Positions 40,498-52,285 of a stretch of DNA of 64,000 nt are shown here, piece after piece. The DNA is taken from the NCBI GenBank assembly GCA_036918135.1, contig JBALDB010000063.1:1-64000 (forward strand), in the 5' to 3' direction. How positions within the stretch are numbered: position 1 is the first letter of the stretch; every line of letters begins with the position of its first letter. The position numbers and the translations under genes were made by a program. The stretch is from Nostoc sp. (GTDB taxonomy: Bacteria; Cyanobacteriota; Cyanobacteriia; Cyanobacteriales; Nostocaceae). The notes under the pieces are model-generated. The model saw only the letters and a program-made list of their open reading frames with translations. It did not search any database and had not been told where the DNA came from.

Positions 40498-40986
40498 GGA
40501 TGTTACTTCCAAAAGAAATTGAGGATTCGGGATGAAAATTATTTCCTAGAGTCCCCAGTCTCTAGTTCTTCAAAAGCAAGTTAGTCAGTTATTTATTCGT
40601 ACTTAAAGTCAAATTTGGAATATTTATTTTCAAATGCTTTGCAGATGATAATTTTCAATATATATATAACTAAGCATGAATAAACATTTTATCTCAAGTC
40701 TCGCTCTTAATTTTTTCAACTATTAACAAAATATTTACACTACTAACCAAATATCTTCACTCTACTTGTTTTTCTATTTTAACAAAATTATTCATAAATA
40801 TCTTTAATAGCGTTGAAGTTTAACTATGAGTATGAAATAGTACCTAATTCAAATTTAACTTTACTAATTAGTTTTTTTGTACGTCTAAAGAAACAACACA
40901 AGATTAAGCTGATTTGTTATTTAGAATACGTAAATTGTAAAAAAGATGAATTGGCTGCAAATTCCAAATTGTGGCGATCGTGTATA

Positions 40987-41105
40987 ATATCATGTCCGGC
41001 AAATCACCCGTAATATGTCCGAAGCAAGTGAAACGACGCAATTACAACGTTTTTAGGATTGCTTCGCTACGGTGGCAATGACAGTTATTTGAACGGACAT
41101 GATAT
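40987..41105. repeat. MITE-like element with perfect 12-bp TIR
   Basis: ATATCATGTCCG (40987-40998) / CGGACATGATAT (41094-41105). Confidence 0.7.
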
Positions 41106-41262
41106 GACATCTACATATTTAAAAATAGTCACTCAGCAATCGTTTTGGCTAGGATAATACTTAATCAATCCAGTAAACATCAATTAAACTACGCACTAAC
41201 AAAAAGCTATCTCAAATATTTTCCCTGCTAGTATTAGTTCCGCCTAAAATTTAAAATAGGTC

Positions 41263-41756
41263 TTACAGATTACTTAAATTGTAATTGCCAGCAATGTCAA
41301 CAATTGATTTAGGAGGGGCATTGAAAAAAGGAGTAATTGCTTTAACAAAACGCTGCCAATAGTCGATATATTCAGTATATTTTTGGGCATCACGTTGACT
41401 GTAGCGGGCAATTTCTGCACAAGTTGCTTCTACAGATTTGCGGGCTAAAAAATATTTGCCATCAGGATGAGGACAAAACGCTACTGAGTCGCAAACAAGA
41501 TATTCTAAACCGTACTTGTGAAGTTCTAATTCTTGGATGACTGGCCCTAAAAAAATAAATAAGTGATTCATTGTACAGGGGTTAAATTTAAACCCAGGTG
41601 CTTGGTCTGGCATAAGTTCTTCGGTTGTGCAACCACCATCAGGAAGCGATCCGCCCCTCCAACAATAAGATGCTGTAACCAGCTTTTAGTATAGTAGCCA
41701 GCACACACCAGCCCATTGTGACCAGCGCCAATAATTACCACGTCATACGCTTCCAT
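41263..41756 (-). pseudogene. crtO: Frameshifted, truncated CrtO-like beta-carotene ketolase (phytoene dehydrogenase family)
   Basis: 'YDVVIIGAGHNGLVCA' in one frame; 'PGFKFN.C...H.FIFLGPVIQEL.L..YGLEYL.CD' in another; only about the N-terminal 160 codons remain. Confidence 0.75.
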
Positions 41757-42145
41757 GAGTACCACTTGCAGGTTCGAGTATCTTCCCTGATGTTACAAAA
41801 TACATCAAACGTCTAAATCTTTCGTGAGTTATAGAATTTTATGGCGCAACACTTAACAGTAGGACTAGTTAGGGAATATACAACTTTTTCTATTATCAAT
41901 AATCAATCTTATGACATCAGCAAAATAAGTAAGTGAGAAAAAACAAGTATCTAAAGGTAAATTATTAATGAGCCAGTGCCAAGTAGCAAATTTATTGGAG
42001 GCGATGACCCAGAGAATAGATGAGTAGCGACAAAATTCGCTACATTGTTAAATTGGTTTTTCAAGCAGCAAATATTTCGAGGTTTTGCTGCCACAGTGAA
42101 GGAAAGGATTTGTTTGACCTTTACTAATCCTGTTAAAATGCATCG

Positions 42146-42994
42146 ATGTCAAAAAAGCAACATTTCTTAAACAAAAAACTCGGTTGGTCTTTGGATGAGC
42201 GAGATCCAAAGTTCATCAAATCTCTGATGCCCCTCGCGGGCTTTTTATATGACTACTATTTCCGAGTTCAAACTAGTGGCTGGGAGAATATTGGACCTGA
42301 AGAAAAAGTCTTGTTTGTCGGTTCGCACAATGGAGGACTCGCAGCACCAGATATGACGATGATGATGTACGACTGGTTCCGACGCTTTGGTGTAGAGCGA
42401 CCAGTTTATGGTTTGATGCATCCGAAAGCGTGGCAGGTTAGCCCGCCACTAGCGCAACTAGTTGCCAAGGCTGGAGCAATCATCGCTCATCCGAAAATGG
42501 CTTCCGCTGCCTTGCGCTCTGGAGCTAGTGTGCTAGTTTACCCAGGCGGAGCCGAAGATCTCTTCCGACCGCATTATTTACGTAACAAAATTTATTTTGT
42601 GGGACGCAAAGGATTTATCAAATTAGCCTTGCGAGAAAATGTGCCAATTGTACCTGTGATTTCTTGGGGTGCCCACGATACGCTAATTATACTAACTGAT
42701 TGGTATAAAATTGTGCGGCAACTCCACGAGTGGGGTATGCCTTGGCTATTGGGAATTGACCCAGAGGTTTTTCCCATTTATCTCGGTCTGCCTTGGGGAT
42801 TAGCGTTTGGCCCCTTGCCCAACATTCCTTTACCTGTGACCTTGTACACGCAGGTTTGTCCTCCAATTGTATTTGAACGCTACGGTCGGCAAGCAGCTAG
42901 CGATCGCCACTATGTCAATCAATGTTATGAATTAGTTGTTAGTCAGATGCAGCAAGAGTTAGACAATCTAATAAAGCTCTCTACTAAGTCATAG
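42146..42994 (+). CDS. Lysophospholipid/glycerol acyltransferase family protein
   Basis: 'VGSHNGGLAAPD', 'VYPGG', 'GFIKLAL...PIVPV'. Confidence 0.85.
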   Translation: MSKKQHFLNKKLGWSLDERDPKFIKSLMPLAGFLYDYYFRVQTSGWENIGPEEKVLFVGSHNGGLAAPDMTMMMYDWFRRFGVERPVYGLMHPKAWQVSPPLAQLVAKAGAIIAHPKMASAALRSGASVLVYPGGAEDLFRPHYLRNKIYFVGRKGFIKLALRENVPIVPVISWGAHDTLIILTDWYKIVRQLHEWGMPWLLGIDPEVFPIYLGLPWGLAFGPLPNIPLPVTLYTQVCPPIVFERYGRQAASDRHYVNQCYELVVSQMQQELDNLIKLSTKS

Positions 42995-43163
42995 GCTAAT
43001 ACGCTGGCGTTAAGCCCAAAAAATAAATTGCGTAGCTTGGGGAGCCACTTTGTTGGATAGGCTTCCCGGCTCGTTGAGTGGCATTTGACAAACCAAACCC
43101 AACATTTTCGGGATTATATTGGCTTATCACACGGTACTCATATTAGCTGCTAACTTTTATAAA

Positions 43164-43235
<72 letters not shown>

Positions 43236-43453
43236 ACGCTCACAATTTTTAATCTTAAACCTAAATGATAGGATTTGACAAGTACTTTCTAATATTTTTT
43301 CTAAGATGCGATTCGTAAGATATTAAGGTTTTTAGGACTTAAGCATCGTACATAAGTTTTAGCAGTGTGTACCTGGGAACATTAGTCATATCTGCGTTGC
43401 TTATGAGAGTACAATATTCAGCAATACTCTCACTGTTTAACTCTCGGTAACAA

Positions 43454-43526
43454 TGGAGGTTAGCGGACTCGAACCGCTGACATCCTGCTTGCAAAGCAGG
43501 CGCTCTACCAACTGAGCTAAACCCCC
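43454..43526 (-). tRNA. trnA: tRNA-Ala(TGC)
   Basis: GGGGGTTTAGCTCAGTTGGTAGAGCGCCTGCTTTGCAAGCAGGATGTCAGCGGTTCGAGTCCGCTAACCTCCA; G3:U70 present. Confidence 0.95.
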
Positions 43527-43599
43527 GTAAAATTCAAATAGCACGCAAAGCCTATTTGCCGTTGTTATTGTAACTCAATATTGTTCAATTACTAAAGGG

Positions 43600-44526
43600 A
43601 TGAAGCCAGAAAATATTCAGGTCGTTGCAACACTATATAAATTCGTCAAGCTGCCAGATTTTGCCGAAAAACGAGAACCCCTGCTATCTTACTGCCAAAC
43701 ACAACGTGTCAAGGGAACAATTTTACTGGCAGAAGAAGGAATTAACGGTACAATTGGAGGTTCGCGTCAGGCAATTGATTCTGTTCTCTGGTTTTTGCGT
43801 TCTGACCCCCGTTTAGCTGACCTAGAACACAAAGAATCTTATACTCAAACTCCACCCTTTGAGCGGATGAAGGTGCGGTTGAAGTCAGAAATTGTCACTT
43901 TAGGGTTGCCAGAAATTGACCCAAATGAACGAGTTGGTACTTATGTGACTCCTCAGGAATGGAATGATTTAATTTCCGACCCAGAAGTAACCTTGATTGA
44001 CACCCGCAATGATTATGAGGTGAATATCGGTACTTTTCAAAGAGCAGAAAATCCGCAAACTGGCTCATTCCGAGAATTCCCTGATTATGTGCGCCACCAT
44101 CTCGACCCAACAAAACATAAAAAAGTTGCTCTGTTTTGTACGGGTGGCATTCGCTGTGAAAAAGCCTCATCCTTTATGCTTGCCCAAGGCTTTGCAGAAG
44201 TCTATCATCTCAAAGGCGGCATTCTCAAATATTTGGCGGAAATTCCAGCTCGAGAAAGTTTATGGGAAGGGGAATGTTTTGTTTTTGATGAACGGGTAGC
44301 CGTCAGTCATGGGTTGGAGTCAGGAAGCTATGAGTTATGCCTGGGTTGTGGGCGTCCAATTTCTGAGGAAGATAAAGTTTCTCCCAAGTATGAGCAAGGT
44401 ATCTCCTGTGCTTATTGTTTCAATAGCCTCACCGATGAAAAAAGAGCGCGTCAGCAGGAAAAATGGCGACACTTCCAAACCCAATTTACTAATAAAAATA
44501 AGGGTATTGGGCATGGAGAGTGCTAA
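43600..44526 (+). CDS. trhO: tRNA uridine(34) hydroxylase TrhO (rhodanese domain, YceA family)
   Basis: 'EEGINGT', '[12 protein letters not shown]', '[12 protein letters not shown]', '[10 protein letters not shown]'. Confidence 0.9.
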   Translation: MKPENIQVVATLYKFVKLPDFAEKREPLLSYCQTQRVKGTILLAEEGINGTIGGSRQAIDSVLWFLRSDPRLADLEHKESYTQTPPFERMKVRLKSEIVTLGLPEIDPNERVGTYVTPQEWNDLISDPEVTLIDTRNDYEVNIGTFQRAENPQTGSFREFPDYVRHHLDPTKHKKVALFCTGGIRCEKASSFMLAQGFAEVYHLKGGILKYLAEIPARESLWEGECFVFDERVAVSHGLESGSYELCLGCGRPISEEDKVSPKYEQGISCAYCFNSLTDEKRARQQEKWRHFQTQFTNKNKGIGHGEC

Positions 44527-44542
44527 AGGAGTAAAACTTATT

Positions 44543-44818
44543 CTACCCCTGCTCTCTTCGTCTCCCCATCTCCTCCTTTAAACCACCAGGTATTCTCAGC
44601 TTGATATAATCGCCGCTTAATTGAACCTGTGATGGTGGTCGGTGTAGGACTGCACAGCATCTTTGGACTGCGGCTTGGTACTCTCGCCATTGCTTACGAA
44701 TTGCTCTACTGGCAGCATCGTCACCTAAGTCTGAAAATCTTAGGCCTGCCCGAATTAGCCAACATTCTACGTCTGTTGTTTCGCCAATTATTTCTGAAAT
44801 GGGATTAATCTCGTTCAT
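44543..44818 (-). CDS. Hypothetical protein
   Basis: 91-aa ATG ORF filling an intergenic gap; no recognisable motif. Confidence 0.4.
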   Translation of the reverse strand: MNEINPISEIIGETTDVECWLIRAGLRFSDLGDDAASRAIRKQWREYQAAVQRCCAVLHRPPSQVQLSGDYIKLRIPGGLKEEMGRRREQG

Positions 44819-44935
44819 GAGTAATTTATAATACCAGCATTTAAAATCTATAATTTCACTTTAAAAGAAACTATCAATAATAACCAGTACTATTTTTTTT
44901 TAAACTCATAAATAAAAATGATTGACAAAAATCAA

Positions 44936-44961
44936 CGCATCTGAGTTATACACTCAGATGC
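44936..44961. terminator. Hairpin downstream of the beta-barrel gene
   Basis: CGCATCTGAGT...ACTCAGATGCG, followed on the minus strand by a T-rich tract. Confidence 0.55.
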
Positions 44962-45031
44962 GAGAGGATGAATCGCGATCGCAGCTGGCAGATATCATTG
45001 CTAAGAAACTCCGAATCAGCCGTTGCGATTC

Positions 45032-45544
45032 CTAGAAGCGATAACCCAATCCTGCTTGGAAGCTCACAGCATCAGCATCACTGTTTCTATAAGCGTCAAT
45101 GCCCCATTTAGTATCACCATAGGCCATGACATTTTTGCTAACTTCTGATTCAACACCAAGGGTGACTACAGGTGCATTCCGATTCCCCAATGGGCTATTT
45201 TGACCTTCGTTAGTGATAAAAGAATAACCACCACCAAGATAAACGTTAGTGTTTCTAGCGATGGGCGCATCGTAAGTGACTATGGGCATAATGGCAGCGG
45301 CATCACCACCATATAACGCAGAACCCCGCACGGAAACAGGTGTTTTCGGGACAGCGTAGCGTCCTTGAATATTCCCACCAAATTGTGCATTATCGTTTCC
45401 TTGTCCGCCACTGGTTGCACCAGCAGCAATACCAGCACCGATATAGTTACCGTTAGTACCTGCTGTTTGAGCAGAAGCAATACCACCGGAAAGAATAATA
45501 GAAGTTACAGCGAGGAAAGAGGCAGCTAATTTTGTCAGTTTCAT
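45032..45544 (-). CDS. Small outer-membrane beta-barrel protein
   Basis: Signal peptide 'ASAQ'; alternating beta strands; C-terminal 'GLGYRF'. Confidence 0.75.
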   Translation of the reverse strand: MKLTKLAASFLAVTSIILSGGIASAQTAGTNGNYIGAGIAAGATSGGQGNDNAQFGGNIQGRYAVPKTPVSVRGSALYGGDAAAIMPIVTYDAPIARNTNVYLGGGYSFITNEGQNSPLGNRNAPVVTLGVESEVSKNVMAYGDTKWGIDAYRNSDADAVSFQAGLGYRF

Positions 45545-45718
45545 AGAATTCTTCTCACTAGAGTTAGGTAATATCAATGTTCTCTAGTACCAGAATCTCT
45601 TTTTTTACAAAATGTAACCTCCCACACTCGGTTCACCTGAGTGGCTGAATTGTTTTTCACCCAGTAAGGTGATATGGTTATTAGATTTACAATTCAATAG
45701 AAATACAGATTGGGGCGA

Positions 45719-47323
45719 CTATTTTTTCAAAAAGCGCTGACGCAGACGAGCCACAAAATTATTTACTTCTGGTATTTTCATCCATGAAGCGATCGCTGCA
45801 AACACAGCTATCCCCACCAAACCAGATATAGACAATTGCAATAGCAGAATCAGTAAACCTGTTTTACCTAATAACTGTTGCGAAGCAACCAAAGTTTCAT
45901 AACTGGTTACACCAGCTACCAGACTAGCAACAATTAAACCGAGAATCGGCACACTCCACTCGCGCCAAGGTAAACCATTAAGTTTGCGATCGAGTAACCA
46001 CAACAGCATCAACATGGAGCCGCAATTTACACCCACTGTTGCTAAGACTAAACCAGGAGCGCCAAAAGGTTTGACGAAAAACCAATCTAGTACAATATTG
46101 AGAAATATGTTAATACTACTGATGCGAAAAGGTGTCTGCCCATCGCCCAAAGCATAAAACACCCGCACCAAAACATCACGCCCCAAATAAGCAAACATCC
46201 CAATACCGTAAGCGACTAGCAACGATGACACAAGTTGTGTGGCTTCCGGCTTGAAAGCACCCCGCTCATATACTACCTGGACAATGGGTACAGATAGCGC
46301 CACCATCAACGCCCCTAGCGGTAGCATAGTGAAGGCAGTAAGTAGCAGTCCTTGGCGAATGCGTAATTTTAGCTCCTGCCAGTTTTCTGGGTCGGCAAGT
46401 TTGGCAAATATCGGTAATAAGGGCAATAAAATGATATTAGAAATAATTCCTAAGGGAGTTTGTACTAATAGATTCGCATAGTTAAATCCTGCGGCTGCAC
46501 CAGGGATCGGACTGGCAAAATAAAGGTCGGTGGCGACATTAATTGGCATCATTCCAGAAGAAATTGTCGCTGGAGTCATGATTTTAATTACTTCTTGGAC
46601 GCCAGGAGATTTGAAATCAAATCGTAGGCGTAATGTGCCTAGTCCTAATCGCCATTGAACAATTAACTGCACCAACCACTGGAGAATTGCTCCTGCTAAG
46701 GTTCCCCAAGCTAAGACCATACCACCAATGAAAGCATAATCCGGCTTAATAATATCCTTGCCCAGTTGCATAGCCAAGATCCCAAGACCGCCAACAACGG
46801 TAATACTGGACAACAAGGGACTAATAGAGAGTAACCAATATTGATTAGCTGTATTGAGAGTACCGAAACCAATGCCAATTAATCCGGAAAATATAGCCAT
46901 TGGCGCCATAATTTGCAGCTGTTGAATTGCGATCGCTCTGGTTGTTACATCCAAGCCATGACCGACTAAATCGACAATTTCATCTGCCAAGAAAATTTGA
47001 GCAAATGTTACTAGAAATAGAAATCCACCTACTAGCGTTGTTACTGTTTCTACAAGGGGAGCGGCATCTTGTTGCTTACGCTTGGCTAAAACGCTGACAA
47101 CTGCACTGTGTAACGGGCCGTTCACACCACCTAGTAATATCAATAGAAAGCCAGGGATAATATAAGCGTAACTGTAGGCAGTTGCAGCCGCACCAACGCC
47201 AAAAGCAGCAGCGATCGCTTGCTGCCGAATTAAACCAAAGACTTTACTAATTAATGTAGCAATGGCAACAATGCCAGCAATTCCAGCGAAAGAACGAGAG
47301 GGTTTTTGGTCTTGTTGTGTCAC
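45719..47323 (-). CDS. murJ: Lipid II flippase MurJ (MviN)
   Basis: 'SKVFGLIRQ', 'YERGAF', 'RVFYALGD.QTP'; many TM segments. Confidence 0.95.
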   Translation of the reverse strand: MTQQDQKPSRSFAGIAGIVAIATLISKVFGLIRQQAIAAAFGVGAAATAYSYAYIIPGFLLILLGGVNGPLHSAVVSVLAKRKQQDAAPLVETVTTLVGGFLFLVTFAQIFLADEIVDLVGHGLDVTTRAIAIQQLQIMAPMAIFSGLIGIGFGTLNTANQYWLLSISPLLSSITVVGGLGILAMQLGKDIIKPDYAFIGGMVLAWGTLAGAILQWLVQLIVQWRLGLGTLRLRFDFKSPGVQEVIKIMTPATISSGMMPINVATDLYFASPIPGAAAGFNYANLLVQTPLGIISNIILLPLLPIFAKLADPENWQELKLRIRQGLLLTAFTMLPLGALMVALSVPIVQVVYERGAFKPEATQLVSSLLVAYGIGMFAYLGRDVLVRVFYALGDGQTPFRISSINIFLNIVLDWFFVKPFGAPGLVLATVGVNCGSMLMLLWLLDRKLNGLPWREWSVPILGLIVASLVAGVTSYETLVASQQLLGKTGLLILLLQLSISGLVGIAVFAAIASWMKIPEVNNFVARLRQRFLKK

Positions 47324-47516
47324 GAAGAATACCTAAATACTCTTTCTGAGTGCATATTTGAAAACATTTAACCTAAATTTTAGGGTTTGTCAGGCAAATT
47401 TAGATAAGTCAGTCATTAGTGTAATAGCAATTAGGAAACTCCAAGAAATAAAAACAACCACTTGAAGTTGCTGACTGATGAGAGCCAGTTGCTACCCTGC
47501 GGGTTTTGCGTTAGCG

Positions 47517-47619
47517 GTATAGCAGTTGCCAGGTAGATTAGGACATAATGACAAGCGTGAATCTTAGGAATAGTAAAGTTTTTACCTCCAGCATAGCTGT
47601 CTCCTGCCTCCTGCTATAC
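47517..47619. repeat. MITE-like element, TIR GTATAGCAG/CTGCTATAC
   Basis: Inverted relative of 18801-18896. Confidence 0.65.
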
Positions 47620-48364
47620 AAGTCGGCAGAGTGCAAGGGCGCGCTAGCTCCTGTTGACTGTGAGCTGGGGGATGTTTTTTTAATTTGTCAGTTGAATTAG
47701 CTTCTGATGAAAATATCAACCCTATTCTGAATCAATGTGAATCAGTTGGCAGACTACTGAAGCGCTTTAATTCGTGCGCTTAAAAATAAATAAATCCCTA
47801 CACCCCACACCTTACGCCCTACACCCAGCCCCTAACTAGAGATGCCGTGAAAAGTCAGATTGGCACGAGCGTGCAAAATTACAAGAATATTTCATCACAC
47901 AGGCAGTGACCGCTGCCCGTCTAAATACCTCTGTGTGTATTTTAAAACGTTAATATTTGATGTCAAGCTGTATTTTGACATCCAATTAAATTAGCAAACA
48001 ATCAACTGTTAAGCTGTTACGCATTTAAATTGTACTCTGACTAGTGAGCATTGTCTATTTATGTTTACAAAGGACTAATGACAATCTTCACCACATTAGT
48101 CCATCGTAGTCTACTTTAGAGATTTCAACTCCTAACTCAAATCCAACCCTGATAGAAGTGAAAAATTGTACACCAGCCTGAGAACTGATTATTAACAAGT
48201 TGTGAAGATAGGTCAAGAAAGGGGAACTATAACAATAGGCATCTTCTTTAAAAGAATTGGATACTTCAACAAGAAGTTTGTCATACTCAGAAGCTTGACG
48301 TTGTTCAACGGGACGAAGTTTGGCATCATAAATTTTTGTAGAAAAATCTTGAAAATCAATAGCA

Positions 48365-51300
48365 ATGGAACTCAATTCAACTTTCACAGAAAATCAACTT
48401 CTATTGTCAAGCGCTCAACTTCAAGAGCAACTAGAGAAACAAAAGGCTCTAGCGAGTGTGATTGTACGAATTCGAGAGTCTCTTGAGTTAGATACGATTT
48501 TTCAAACTACAGTTATAGAAGTGCGTCAGTTGCTCAATGCTGACCGAGTAGGAGTCTTCCAATTCGATCCTCGAAAAGGCTGGGAAGGAGAATTCATTTC
48601 TGAGGATGTTGCACCTGGCTGGACTTCAGCAATGGAAGTAAAAGTTTACGACCACTGCTTTGGAGAACAATTTGCTACTAGTTATCAACAAGGACAGGTA
48701 CAAGCAGTTGCTGATATTTATCAGGTGGGAGTGAGTGATTGTCATAGAGAAATTTTGGATAAATTTCAAATCCGTGCCAACCTTGTTGTCCCTCTATTGC
48801 AAGAGAAGAAACTGTGGGGATTACTTTGTATTCATCAGTGTAGTGAGGCTCGGAACTGGAAAGAATCAGAAATTGAATTTATTCGCCAAATTGCTGACCA
48901 TTTAACAGTCGCAATTCAACAAGTAAAGCATCTCCAGGAAGTTGAATTACAAGCTGCAAAATTAGCTCAAGCCGCCCGGCGCGACCAAGTAATTGCTCAG
49001 CTTGTGGATACAATTCGTTCACCTTTAGATATTGACATTATCTTTAAAACAACAACTCTAGAAATTCGCAAACTACTGCAAGCCGACCGAGTTGCAATTT
49101 TTCGTTTCAATGCTGATTGGAGTGGTAACTTTGTAGCTGAATCATTTGCTGACGGGTGGACTGCCTTAGTTGGAATTCAGCCTGCGATCGCTGATACTTA
49201 TTTGCAACAAACTCAAGGGGGACGCTACTTAAAAAATGAGACATTTACAGTCAATGACATTTATCAAGCAGGATTAACAGATTGCCACATCAATCTGTTA
49301 GAGAAAATTCAAACAAAAGCCTTTACAACTGCTCCAATTCTGCAAGGAGATAAACTTTGGGGAGTGATTGCTGCCTACCAAAATGTCTTACCCAGACAAT
49401 GGCAATCTTATGAAGTCGAATCATTGACCAAAATCGGCACACAAATTGGTGTCATACTGCGACATCACGAGTTGTTAGCACAAGCTCGGTATCAAGCAGA
49501 ACAACAAAAAACATTAACCAGCGTGATTACTCGTATCCGGAAGTCTCTGGATTTGGACACAATTTTTCAAACTTCTGTCACCGAAGTCCGGCAAATGCTA
49601 CAAACAGACCGAGTGGCAGTTTTTCGTTTCGATCCTCAAAAAGACTGGGAAGGAGAATTTATTTCTGAGGATATTGTAACTGGATGGAATTCAGTAATCG
49701 CTGCAAAAGTCTACGATCACTGTTTTGGGGAACAGTTTGCTGTTAATTATCAACAAGACCGGGTGCAAGCAGTAGCAGATATTTACGACGCGGGATTAAG
49801 TGAATGTCATGTGGCGATTCTCGGCAAATTTCAAGTACGGGCTAATCTGGTAGTTCCCTTATTGAAGCAAGGTAAATTATGGGGATTATTTTGCGTTCAT
49901 CAATGCAGCAATCCTCGAACTTGGCAGCCTTCGGAAATTGAATTTGTTAGCCAAATTGCAGAAAATTTAGGGGTTGCTTTACAACATAACAAACTCTTGC
50001 ATGAAGCTCGATACCAAGCAGAGCAACAAAAAATATTAACTAGTGTTATTGCTCGAATTCGGGAATCTTTAGATTTAGATACAATCTTTCAAACTTCTGT
50101 TACCGAAATGCGGCAACTGCTGAAAGCCGACCGAGTGGGCGTGTTCCGCTTTAATCCTCAAAAAGATTGGGAAGGAGAATTTGTTTATGAAGATGTAGCT
50201 GCTGGTTGGACTTCGGCAATAGCAGAAAAAGTTTATGACGAGTGCTTTGGTGAATATTTTGTACCACTTTACGCCCAAGGTCGAGTAAATGCGATCGCTG
50301 ATATTTATCAAGAAAATTTTCAAGCCTGTTATGTACAAATCTTAAAAGCATTTCAAGTGCGTGCCAATCTGGTCGCTCCACTATTGAAAAAAGGAGAGCT
50401 TTGGGGATTGTTATGTATTCACCAATGCAACGCTCCTCGTCGTTGGCAACAGTCAGAAATTGAATTTGCAACTCAAATTGCCGAGCAATTGGGAGTTGCA
50501 TTAAAACAAGATTCCTATTTCAAACAAGTTCAAATGCAAGCTGTGCAGTTAGCAGAAGCTACCGAACGAGAGAAAGCAATGGAACGACAAGAATTATTGG
50601 CTGCTACTATTGATAAAATACGTCAATCCCTGGATATTCAAACTATATTTAGAACTACTACTCAAGCTGTGCGAGAGCTACTCGAAGTCGAGCGAGTTGC
50701 AATCTACCGCTTTAACTGTGATTGGAGCGGTAAATTTGTGGCAGATTCTTTCAAAGATGGTCGCAAACCTGTTGTACAAACTCAACCATTGATTATAGAA
50801 ACTTTTGAAGATACAGATGATGATAACGAACTTCCGCGCAATGAAACTTTCGTTCCCATTCGCGAAGGTGAAAAATTATGGGGACTATTAGTTGCTTATC
50901 AAAATTCCCAACCGCGCTATTGGAAAGAAGAAGAAATTAATCTCTTGGCTCAAGTTGGAGTGCAATTAGGAATTGCAATTCAACAAGCAGAATTACTCGA
51001 ACAAACCAAACGTCAAACTTCAGAACTTACTCAAGCCCTGCAAGAATTAAAACAAACTCAAAGCCGATTGATTCAGGGTGAAAAAATGGCTGGTTTGGGA
51101 CAGCTATTAGCGGGAGTTGCTCATGAAATTAATAATCCAGTTAGTTTTCTTTTTGGTAATCTCACACATTTAAAAGAATATACTCAAGAACTGCTAGACG
51201 TAGTAAAACTTTATCGGCAAATTCCAGAAGTGCAAAATAAAATTCAAAAAACTGATTTAGATTTTATTATCGAAGATTTACCCAAAACAGTTGATTCCAT

Positions 51301-51892
51301 GCAGGTTGGAGCAGAGCGAATTCATGAAATAGTCCTATCACTGCGAAACTTTTCTCGTACAGATGAGGCGGAATTGAGAGCAGTAGACGTTCATGAAGGA
51401 TTAAATAGTACTTTGCTAATTTTGGGGCATCGGTTGAAAAATACTAGCGATCGCCCAGCTATTGAAGTGATTAAAGAATATAATACTATACCTTTAGTTG
51501 AATGCTATCCCGCGCAACTAAATCAGGTATTTATGAATCTTTTGAGTAACAGTGTTGATGCATTAGAGGAAAAATTCAAAACTATACAGCAAAAGTATTT
51601 AGAATCAACAGAAAAATGCCCAAGGATTCCCTTGAGTATCTGGATTATTACCCAAATTGTTAATAATCAAGTTGTAATTAGAATAGCTGATAATGGTTTA
51701 GGTATTCCAGAGTCGGTGCGATCGCACATCTTCGACCCCTTCTTTACTACCAAAGCACCAGGTAAAGGTACAGGTTTAGGATTGTCTATCAGCTATCAAA
51801 TCGTGGTTGAAAAACATCATGGTGAAATTAAATGTTTGTCCAAACCAGGAGAAGGTACAGAGTTTTTAATTAAAATTCCCACCGATAATTAA
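48365..51892 (+). CDS. Multi-GAF cyanobacteriochrome sensor histidine kinase
   Basis: Four bilin-type GAFs (DHCF/CH, DTYLQ/CH, DHCF/CH, DECF/CY), one shortened GAF, HisKA 'AHEINNP', HATPase '[20 protein letters not shown]'. Confidence 0.9.
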   Translation: MELNSTFTENQLLLSSAQLQEQLEKQKALASVIVRIRESLELDTIFQTTVIEVRQLLNADRVGVFQFDPRKGWEGEFISEDVAPGWTSAMEVKVYDHCFGEQFATSYQQGQVQAVADIYQVGVSDCHREILDKFQIRANLVVPLLQEKKLWGLLCIHQCSEARNWKESEIEFIRQIADHLTVAIQQVKHLQEVELQAAKLAQAARRDQVIAQLVDTIRSPLDIDIIFKTTTLEIRKLLQADRVAIFRFNADWSGNFVAESFADGWTALVGIQPAIADTYLQQTQGGRYLKNETFTVNDIYQAGLTDCHINLLEKIQTKAFTTAPILQGDKLWGVIAAYQNVLPRQWQSYEVESLTKIGTQIGVILRHHELLAQARYQAEQQKTLTSVITRIRKSLDLDTIFQTSVTEVRQMLQTDRVAVFRFDPQKDWEGEFISEDIVTGWNSVIAAKVYDHCFGEQFAVNYQQDRVQAVADIYDAGLSECHVAILGKFQVRANLVVPLLKQGKLWGLFCVHQCSNPRTWQPSEIEFVSQIAENLGVALQHNKLLHEARYQAEQQKILTSVIARIRESLDLDTIFQTSVTEMRQLLKADRVGVFRFNPQKDWEGEFVYEDVAAGWTSAIAEKVYDECFGEYFVPLYAQGRVNAIADIYQENFQACYVQILKAFQVRANLVAPLLKKGELWGLLCIHQCNAPRRWQQSEIEFATQIAEQLGVALKQDSYFKQVQMQAVQLAEATEREKAMERQELLAATIDKIRQSLDIQTIFRTTTQAVRELLEVERVAIYRFNCDWSGKFVADSFKDGRKPVVQTQPLIIETFEDTDDDNELPRNETFVPIREGEKLWGLLVAYQNSQPRYWKEEEINLLAQVGVQLGIAIQQAELLEQTKRQTSELTQALQELKQTQSRLIQGEKMAGLGQLLAGVAHEINNPVSFLFGNLTHLKEYTQELLDVVKLYRQIPEVQNKIQKTDLDFIIEDLPKTVDSMQVGAERIHEIVLSLRNFSRTDEAELRAVDVHEGLNSTLLILGHRLKNTSDRPAIEVIKEYNTIPLVECYPAQLNQVFMNLLSNSVDALEEKFKTIQQKYLESTEKCPRIPLSIWIITQIVNNQVVIRIADNGLGIPESVRSHIFDPFFTTKAPGKGTGLGLSISYQIVVEKHHGEIKCLSKPGEGTEFLIKIPTDN

Positions 51893-51995
51893 ACGTGTTG
51901 TTTGAACGTGAGTCTCCAACGTAGCTTATTTGTCCTCTAGCAGAAATTGAGCTTACATGAGGCTCACTAACAACAGATAATTGGGTCGAGCTACT

Positions 51996-52167
51996 TATCA
52001 TGTCCAGTAAAAGACTTATTATTTGGGCTAAGGCAAAGAGAAGTTGGAGCGTCGGCTTATGGGGAACTGAACTTCTCCTTCAAAGACGCTCTTGTTAGCT
52101 TGCTTAAGAGCAGGGGTACGGGGGACGCACAGAGATTTTAATCAAAAGTGATTAGTCGGACATGATA
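51996..52167. repeat. MITE-like element, TIR TATCATGTCC/GGACATGATA
   Basis: 10-bp TIR; interior shared with 6848-6920; termini shared with 40987-41105. Confidence 0.7.
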
Positions 52168-52285
52168 TGAGCTGTTTACGGACGCGCTGGGTTCCGTTAT
52201 GGATGGAAGAAACAATTCAAATCCTCTTCCCTTCTGCCTCCTGCCTTGTTTCTTGAAAGCTATTACTAAACCCTCAACTACAAAC

